Assembly (NCBI GenBank): GCA_964016885.1
Contig: OZ024756.1
Location: forward strand, 44,144,001 to 44,208,000
Direction of reading: 5' to 3'
Length of the DNA stretch: 64,000 nt
From: Eledone cirrhosa
Taxonomy: Eukaryota
Part shown: piece after piece, positions 55,711 to 64,000 of the stretch
Layout: each line of letters begins with the position of its first letter
Position numbering within the stretch: position 1 is the first letter of the stretch
Notes under the pieces: generated by a model
Database searches by the model: none
What the model was told of the DNA's origin: nothing
Seen by the model: the letters and a program-made list of their open reading frames with translations, nothing else
Made by a program: the position numbers and the translations under genes

Positions 55711-57189
55711 GAGTCTCTGGAAAGAAACAATGTAGTTATTAATATGAAGAGTTGAAATGGATTTCATAGCTCTAGCATCACTCTTTCATAATCTGCTTAT
55801 GAACTTTTCAGCCAGTACCTGTATATACATCACCCAATCAATGTATCAGTTGATAGTCACCAGGGTTCTTGGTTATTTCAGAGGGAGCTTCTATGTGATT
55901 GATTGACCTGTTAGAATTAGCAGCTAAATCCCCTCAAATCTCTTGAAAAAGGAAGGACACCATTATATCAGATGGTCTTTAATATATGTAAAAGATGAGA
56001 TGACAATAGCAACAACAACAACAACACTATCTTCCAGTCTCAACAACTAAAACCTACATTACCACCACCACCACCACCACTACCACTACTACCACCACCA
56101 CTACAACCACCACCACCACCATTACCACCACTACCACCACCACCAACACCACCACCAGCACCAACACCATTACCCTCACTGCCGCCGTCACCACCACCAC
56201 CACTACCACCACCACCAACACCATTACCACCACCAACACCATTACCACCACTACCACCACTACCAACACCATTACCACCACCACTACCACCAACACCACT
56301 ACCACCACCACCACCACTACCACAACCACCAGCCATATTACCACTAACTAAAGCAAGGTGGAGTGGAATGAAGCTCACAGAATCCCCAAGGAGCCATATG
56401 TCTCCAAAATGGCAGACATGTTTGCCATGTGTGACCTATCATTAAAAATTTGTAAACCTTTCACACCCACCATCTATCAAACTGTGAAACACTTTGACAG
56501 TTCTATCATGCTTCACTAACTATTACAACAATGTACATTAAGGTGGTGGTGGTGGTGGTAGTGGTAGTTATAGTGGTGGTGGAGGTGGTGGTGGTAGTAG
56601 TGGTAGTTGTGGTGGTGATAGTGGTAGTGGTGGTAGTTATAGTTGTGGTAGTGGTGGTAGTTATAGTGGTGGTAGTAGTGGTAGTTGTGGTGGTGATAGT
56701 GGTAGTGGTGGTATAGTGGTGGTAGTAGTGGTAGTTGTGGTGGTGATAGTGGTAGTGGTGGTAGTTGTGGTGGTAGTAGTGGTAGTAGTGGTAGTTGTGG
56801 TGGTGGAAGTGGTAGTGGTGGTAGTTACAGTGGTGGTGGTAGTAGTAGTGGTAGTTGTGGTGGTGGTAGTAGTAGTGGTAGTTGTGGTGGTGGTGGTGGT
56901 AGTGGTGGTAGTTATAGTTGTGGTGGTGGTGGTAGTTATAGTGGTGGTGGTGGTGGTAGTGGTGGTGGTGATAGTGGTGGTGGTGGTAGTAGTAGTTGTG
57001 GTGGTTTGGGTGGTAGTAGTGGTGGTAGTAGTAGTTGTAGTGGTTGTGGTTTAAGTAGTAGTTGTTGTAGTTGTTGTAGTGTTGCCGGATCTTTTAATAC
57101 ATTAATTTCATTTTTTTATCTCTTTTATTCTTTCTTTTTTCCCATCCATCACATTCCTTCTTTCTTTCTTTCTTTATTGCCTTCATGAA

Positions 57190-57395
57190 TGTAATCGGTA
57201 GTGTCGGACAACATGCTTTGCAGCACATAGTTACGGCCCTTTACGTTCTGAGATCAAATTCCGCTGAGTTTAGCTTTACCTTTAGTCCTTACACACTTGA
57301 TAAAATAAAGTACCAGTGATGTACTGGGGCTGATTTAATTGACTTTCCCCTTCCTTTCAAATTGCTGGCCTTGTGCCAAATATGGAAGCAATTAT
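57190..57395 (+). mobile_element. SINE copy
   Basis: Matches 15410-15600. Confidence 0.8.
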
Positions 57396-57609
57396 TCCAG
57401 AATTCTAATGAAAAACTCCCCCAACGTTGGTGACCTATAGAGGTCACCACTGTCAGTAGGGACGGCGGTTCCAATGTCTCCCTCGCCATTCTCAGGGGCA
57501 ACACTGTCTCTCTGTCTGCTGGGACCACGAGATGACCTGCACCTGGGCTGCCACACACCAGGGACACTCCCCACGCCCACATATCTGGTATCCCATCATT
57601 GGGGTAAAG

Positions 57610-57729
57610 ATGTTATGACAGTACTAATGTTATGACAGTACTAATGTTATGACAGTACTAATGTTATGACATTACTAATGTTATGACATTACTAATGTTA
57701 TGACAGTACTAATGTTATGACATTACTAA
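57610..57729. repeat. 17-bp tandem repeat, 7 copies
   Basis: TGTTATGACAGTACTAA. Confidence 0.92.
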
Positions 57730-58154
57730 CCTTTTTTCTTATATTTTCTCTCAAATTTGTTTTTTCATTACCTTTAATTGTTATCATTACAAATCTTCTT
57801 TACTAGACTCTACCGATAGTTTTTATAGCAATGTCTTATGGTGGGTTATACCATGTAATATTTCTGTGGCAGTTTCGTTGCTAGTGGTAGTGGTGGTAGT
57901 GGGGTTGTTGATGGTGTTGGTAGGGGTGTTGGAGGTGTTGATGGTAGTAGTAGTGGTGGTGGGGTGGTACCAGTGATAGTAGTGGTCGTGGTAGTAGTGG
58001 TGTTGTTGATAATAGTGGTGGTAGTAGTAGTGGTGTTGTTGATTATAGTGGTAGTAGTGGTGGTGGTACTGCTAGTAGTGTTGGTGTCTTATAATAATAC
58101 TAATAACATAATAAAGATTTCTAACATGTAACAACAACAACAATATTGATAATA

Positions 58155-58336
58155 ATTGTTTCTACTTTTGGCACAAGGCCAGCAATTACCCCAGTGTATT
58201 ACTGGTACTTTATTTTATCAACCCTGTAAGGATGAAAGGCAAAGTTAACCTCGGCGGGATTTGAACTCAGACCATAAAGGGCCGTAACTCTATGCTGCAA
58301 AGCATGGTGTCCAACCCTCTACCGATACTGCCAATC
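58155..58336 (-). mobile_element. SINE copy
   Basis: Reverse-complement match to 15410-15600. Confidence 0.85.
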
Positions 58337-59243
58337 AAATGAAACACAATTATTACTATAATGGATATATTTTTTCCTGAGTTTGTTAATTTGGTTTTAT
58401 ATATTGGTAACTGGTCAAGGAAACATATGTTACATAAATAGAAATGTCAAAACCTTTCTGCTTATTTGGATGGGAAAATTGGTTATCGTGATATATATAT
58501 ATATATTGTACATACATATATATATATATATTGTACATACATATATATATACCATCACCAGACTACCATATAGATGATAAACAGAGAAAAATGTAATAAG
58601 GGAAATGGATAGAAGAGAGAGAGGGGGGGGGTTGATTTATAAAGTAAAGCAATAAACAGCTGAAAGAATGAGGAGGGGAGAAACTTGCTGAAGGCCCCCA
58701 GATTCTCTGATGATTTCAAGTGGAATGTGCTTGAGATGTCTTCAACTATAATGGAATGACCGATATTATAATGATGTTCCATCCTTGATAACACAACTTG
58801 GTTCCATGCTATTTCCATGTATGTGTATATGAATTTGTGTGTATAAGTGTGTGTATGTGCATGAGGGGGGGGGGGAGATAGAGATAGAGATAAAGAGAGA
58901 GAGGGGGAGACAGGGAGATAGAGAGATAGAGAGATAAAGAGAGAGGGGGAGAGACAGAGATAGAGAGATAAAGATATATATATAACATCAATGATGAAAA
59001 GTACTTTGATGGAAAGAAAGAAATACTTTGTGTGTAAAGTGATTTTTAGAGAACTTAAAGGTAGTAGGCAAAAAATATCTTTGCCAAGTATTATTTGATA
59101 ACATAAATAAATATATATATATATATATAAATCAGGATAGAACCAGTTTAGACCATTACCCAACAGAGTACTCAATACTTGAGGTAGTAGAGCATGGATA
59201 CATTGTAATATATACACACATATATGATGTTGAAGATATATAC

Positions 59244-59286
<43 letters not shown>

Positions 59287-59979
59287 GATATTTTCTTTTA
59301 AAGAAATTCTCTGAACTTCCTTTCTGCATACAAACCGTTTACTAATGCTTTTGACCTTTGGAGTTGAAGATTATTCTTTCAAGTTTCAAATCTCCCAACG
59401 TTCTTTGGTGAATTTAGCAATGTGAGACAAAATACCCAACTTACATTCACGATTTTCCCTGGACATTCACTGATGGACATTCTTCTGTGTGGTTTCCTGA
59501 AAGAGGAAGTTAAAGAAATATAGATATGAGATACTGATGACAGGAGTAGAGATATTCCCCCCTACACTGAGATATCCCCCCCCCTACATTGAGATATCCC
59601 CCCCTTACAGTGAGATATTTCCCTTACACTAAACTACCATGAAATATTGATGAAGATTGATACAACAGCTACAGAGAATCAATTTTGTCTAAATTAAGTT
59701 CATTGTTATTCTTGGTTAGCAGACATCCCCACCGCTCCACCCCACCCTCCACTATACCTGTTATATATAAGTTTCCATCGACAAGATTTGACCTCATTCA
59801 CTTCCCAAGTCGGTTGGAACTTATCAATTTGGACCAAAGAAACAATATTTCCATTGGTCTTTCCATTGCTGATACTGTCTACCGGTCACATTTCCATCTC
59901 TCTAACCACTAAGCTACGTGCCTTCACTACAGGCCCCTAAAACTACACTACCTGAAACTATGTTGCTTGCTTTAACACA

Positions 59980-60217
59980 ATAATTGTTTCTACTTTCGGC
60001 ACAAGGCCAGCAATTACCCAGTGCATTACTGGTACTTTATTTTATCGACCCCATAGGGATGAAAGGCAAAGTTAACCTCGACGGATTTGAACTCAGAACA
60101 CAAAGGGCCATAACTCTATGCTGCAAAGCATGGTGTCTGATGCTCTACTGATACTGCCAATCCACCGCCCTATCATGGTGTCCGACGCTCTACCGATACT
60201 GCCAATCCACCGCCCTA
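59980..60217 (-). mobile_element. SINE copy with duplicated head
   Basis: Reverse-complement match; CATGGTGTC...CCACCGCCCTA occurs twice. Confidence 0.85.
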
Positions 60218-60957
60218 CACCCAACACAATAATACATAGATCACGGTCGTTTTCTTGATTGGTTCCTCCATTATTTTATATTTGAAGTGAAGAAATACCA
60301 TCTTCTTCCTAATCTAAATTCAGTTTGCCTCTTTATAGAACAGTTATCAGTTGATAGGAAAATTGGGTAAATTATCTAAAGTGATTGACTTTTATTACTG
60401 ATATTTTCTCCATTTGGGAGGATTACATTTTCAAATTTTTAAAGATACCAATATAGCCATCACTACCACCATAACTACCACCATAACCATCACTACCACC
60501 ATAACCATCACTACCACCATAACCATCACCATCACTACCACCATAACCATCACTACCACCATAACCATCACCTTCACTACCACCATAACCATCACCACTG
60601 CCACCATCACTACTACAACCATCACCACCATCATCGCCACCACCAGTACCATCATCATCATACAACCTTCTACAATAACCAAAATCATAGTTGAGCTATA
60701 AATATTTGTGATGACTAACAAACCAGTTTAACAACAGTAGTGGTGGTAGTAGTGGTTGTGGTAGTAGTGGCAGTAGTTGTAGATGTAGTGGTTGTAGTGG
60801 TGGTAAGGTTGCCAGAACAAAATAAAATTAGGTTTATTTCCTCCATTTGTTTTCTGGGATTTAGAATGACCCTCATCACATGATCCTTTCCAATGTGTAC
60901 TGACCTGCCCCCTCCAAACCCCTTTTTTCAACCCCCTTTAATCTAACACAGATCCAT

Positions 60958-63900
60958 ACTCCAGTCTTTGGTTAACACAACACACCACACCAGATAGAAC
61001 TCTCAGACAGGGTCACTCCAGTCTTTGGTCAACACAACACACCACACCAGATAGAACTCTCAGACAGGGTCACTCCAGTCTTTGGTCAACACAACACATA
61101 GAACTCTCAGACAGGGTCACTCCAGTCTTTGGTCAACACAACACACCAGATAGAACTCTCAGACAGGGTCACTCCAGTCTTTGGTCAACACAACACATAG
61201 AACTCTCAGACAGGGTCACTCCAGTCTTTGGTCAACACAACACACCAGATAGAACTCTCAGACAGGGTCACTCCAGTCTTTGGTCAACACAACACACCAG
61301 ATAGAACTCTCAGACAGGGTCACTCCAGTCTTTGGTCAACACACCAGCACCAGATAGAACTCTCAGACAGGGTCACTCCAGTCTTTGGTCAACACACCAG
61401 CACAAGATAGAACTTTCAGACAGGGTCACTCCAGTCTTTGGTCAACACAACACACCAGATAGAACTTTCAGACAGGGTCACTCCAGTCTTTGGTCAACAC
61501 ACCAGCACCAGATAGAACTCTCAGACAGGGTCACTCCGGTCTTTGGTCAACACAACACACCAGATAGAACTCTCAGACATGGTCACTCCAGTCTTTGGTC
61601 AACACAACACACCAGATAGAACTTTCAGACAGGGTCACTCCAGTCTTTGGTCAACACAACACACCAGATAGAACTCTCAGACAGTGTCACTCCGGTCTTT
61701 GGTCAACACAACACACCAGATAGAACTCTCAGACATGGTCACTCCAGTCTTTGGTCAACACAACACACCAGATAGAACTTTCAGACAGGGTCACTCCAGT
61801 CTTTGGTCAACACAACACACCAGATAGAACTCTCAGACATGGTCACTCCAGTCTTTGGTCAACACACCAGCACCAGATAGAACTCTCAGACAGGGTCACT
61901 CCGGTCTTTGGTCAACACAACACACCAGATAGAACTCTCAGACATGGTCACTCCAGTCTTTGGTCAACACAACACACCAGATAGAACTCTCAGACAGTGT
62001 CACTCCGGTCTTTGGTCAACACAACACACCAGATAGAACTCTCAGACATGGTCACTCCAGTCTTTGGTCAACACAACACACCAGATAGAACTTTCAGACA
62101 GGGTCACTCCAGTCTTTGGTCAACACAACACACCAGATAGAACTCTCAGACATGGTCACTCCAGTCTTTGGTCAACACACCAGCACCAGATAGAACTCTC
62201 AGACAGGGTCACTCCGGTCTTTGGTCAACACAACACACCAGATAGAACTCTCAGACAGGGTCACTCCAGTCTTTGGTCAACACAACACACCAGATAGAAC
62301 TCTCAGACAGGGTCACTCCAGTCTTTGGTCAACACAACACACCAGATAGAACTCTCAGACAGGGTCACTCCAGTCTTTGGTCAACACACCAGCACCAGAT
62401 AGAACTCTCAGACAGGGTCACTCCGGTCTTTGGTCAACACAACACACCAGATAGAACTCTCAGACAGGGTCACTCCAGTCTTTGGTCAACACAACACACC
62501 AGATAGAACTCTCAGACATGGTCACTCCAGTCTTTGGTCAACACACCACACCAGATAGAACTCTCAGACAGAGTCACTCCAGTCTTTGGTCAACACACCA
62601 GCACCAGATAGAACTCTCAGACAGGTTCACTCCAGTCTTTGGTCAACACACCAGCACCAGATAGAACTCTCAGACAGGGTCACTCCAGTCTTTGGTCAAC
62701 ACACCAGCACCAGATAGAACTCTCAGACAGGGTCACTCCAGTCTTTGGTCAACACAACACACCAGATAGAACTCTCAGACAGGGTCACTCCAGTCTTTGG
62801 TCAACACAACACACCAGATAGAACTCTCAGACAGGGTCACTCCAGTCTTTGGTCAACACACCAGCACCAGATAGAACTCTCAGACAGGGTCACTCCAGTC
62901 TTTGGTCAACACACCAGCACCAGATAGAACTCTCAGACAGGGTCACTCCAGTCTTTGGTCAACACAACACACCAGATAGAACTCTCAGACAGGGTCACTC
63001 CAGTCTTTGGTCAACACAACACACCAGATAGAACTCTCAGACAGGGTCACTCCAGTCTTTGGTCAACACACCAGCACCAGATAGAACTCTCAGACAGTGT
63101 CACTCCAGTCTTTGGTCAACACAACACACCAGATAGAACTCTCAGACAGTGTCACTCCGGTCTTTGGTCAACACAACACACCAGATAGAACTCTCAGACA
63201 GTGTCACTCCGGTCTTTGGTCAACACAACACACCAGATAGAACTCTCAGACAGGTTCACTCCAGTCTTTGGTCAACACACCAGCACCAGATAGAACTCTC
63301 AGACAGTGTCACTCCAGTCTTTGGTCAACACACCACACCAGATAGAACTCTCAGACAGGGTCACTCCAGTCTTTGGTCAACACACCAGCACCAGATAGAA
63401 CTTTCAGACAGGGTCACTCCAGTCTTTGGTCAACACACCAGCACCAGATAGAACTCTCAGACAGGTTCACTCCAGTCTTTGGTCAACACACCAGCACCAG
63501 ATAGAACTCTCAGACATGGTCACTCCAGTCTTTGGTCAACACACCAGCACCAGATAGAACTCTCAGACAGGGTCACTCCAGTCTTTGGTCAACACACCAG
63601 CACCAGTTAGAACTCTCAGACAGGGTCACTCAAGTCTTTGGTCAACACACCAGCACCAGATAGAACTCTCAGACAGGGTCACTCCAGTCTTTGGTCAAAA
63701 CACCAGCACCAGATAGAACTCTCAGACAGGGTCACTCAAGTCTTTGGTCAACACACCAGCACCAGATAGAACTCTCAGACAGGGTCACTCCAGTCTTTGG
63801 TCAACACACCAGCACCAGATAGAACTCTCAGACAGGGTCACTCAAGTCTTTGGTCAACACACCAGCACCAGATAGAACTCTCAGACAGGGTCACTCCAGT

Positions 63901-64000
63901 CTTTGGTCAACACACCAGCACCAGATAGAACTCTCAGACAGGGTCACTCAAGTCTTTGGTCAACACACCAGCACCAGATAGAACTCTCAGACAGGGTCAC
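60958..64000. repeat. 52/53-bp satellite ACCAGATAGAACTCTCAGACAGGGTCACTCCAGTCTTTGGTCAACACAACAC, continuing past the window end
   Basis: More than 55 tandem units. Confidence 0.98.

Noticed and set aside
52279-64000. CRISPR-like appearance of the regular arrays (also 17640-18497, 31869-33250, 42335-42957)
   Set aside because: No unique spacers, no cas genes, eukaryotic context; these are ordinary tandem repeats.

Overview
Repeat-saturated animal genomic DNA, most likely a coleoid cephalopod (Octopus-like; inferred from the microsatellite load, the tRNA-derived SINE family and the RTE LINEs). Only one convincing host exon is visible: the first coding exon of an SLC17 (sialin/VGLUT-like) transporter at 34181-34442, after which the rest of the window may be intron. 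Mobile elements include a 5'-truncated RTE LINE with an uninterrupted APE-RT-PHD-finger ORF (22587-25718, minus), many RTE 3' fragments, about 15 SINE copies, CRE-like and R4/Dong-like remnants, and Penelope-like elements (PLEs) encoding a GIY-YIG endonuclease. The main hidden signal, read by eye, is a dense population of type I hammerhead ribozymes: about 13 recognisable copies plus several decayed ones, from roughly 8 sequence families. Nearly all sit in short elements inserted in (TA)n, most have a palindromic or near-palindromic stem III (dimer type), and many lie in fold-back structures, including two large palindromes with divergent ribozyme pairs (38586-39026, 48915-49254). Several minisatellite arrays (11, 17, 18, 21, 34, 46, 52/53, 59, 72 bp units) are present. 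Nearly all other ORFs in the track are microsatellite or antisense artefacts. Ribozyme activity and family assignments are untested.
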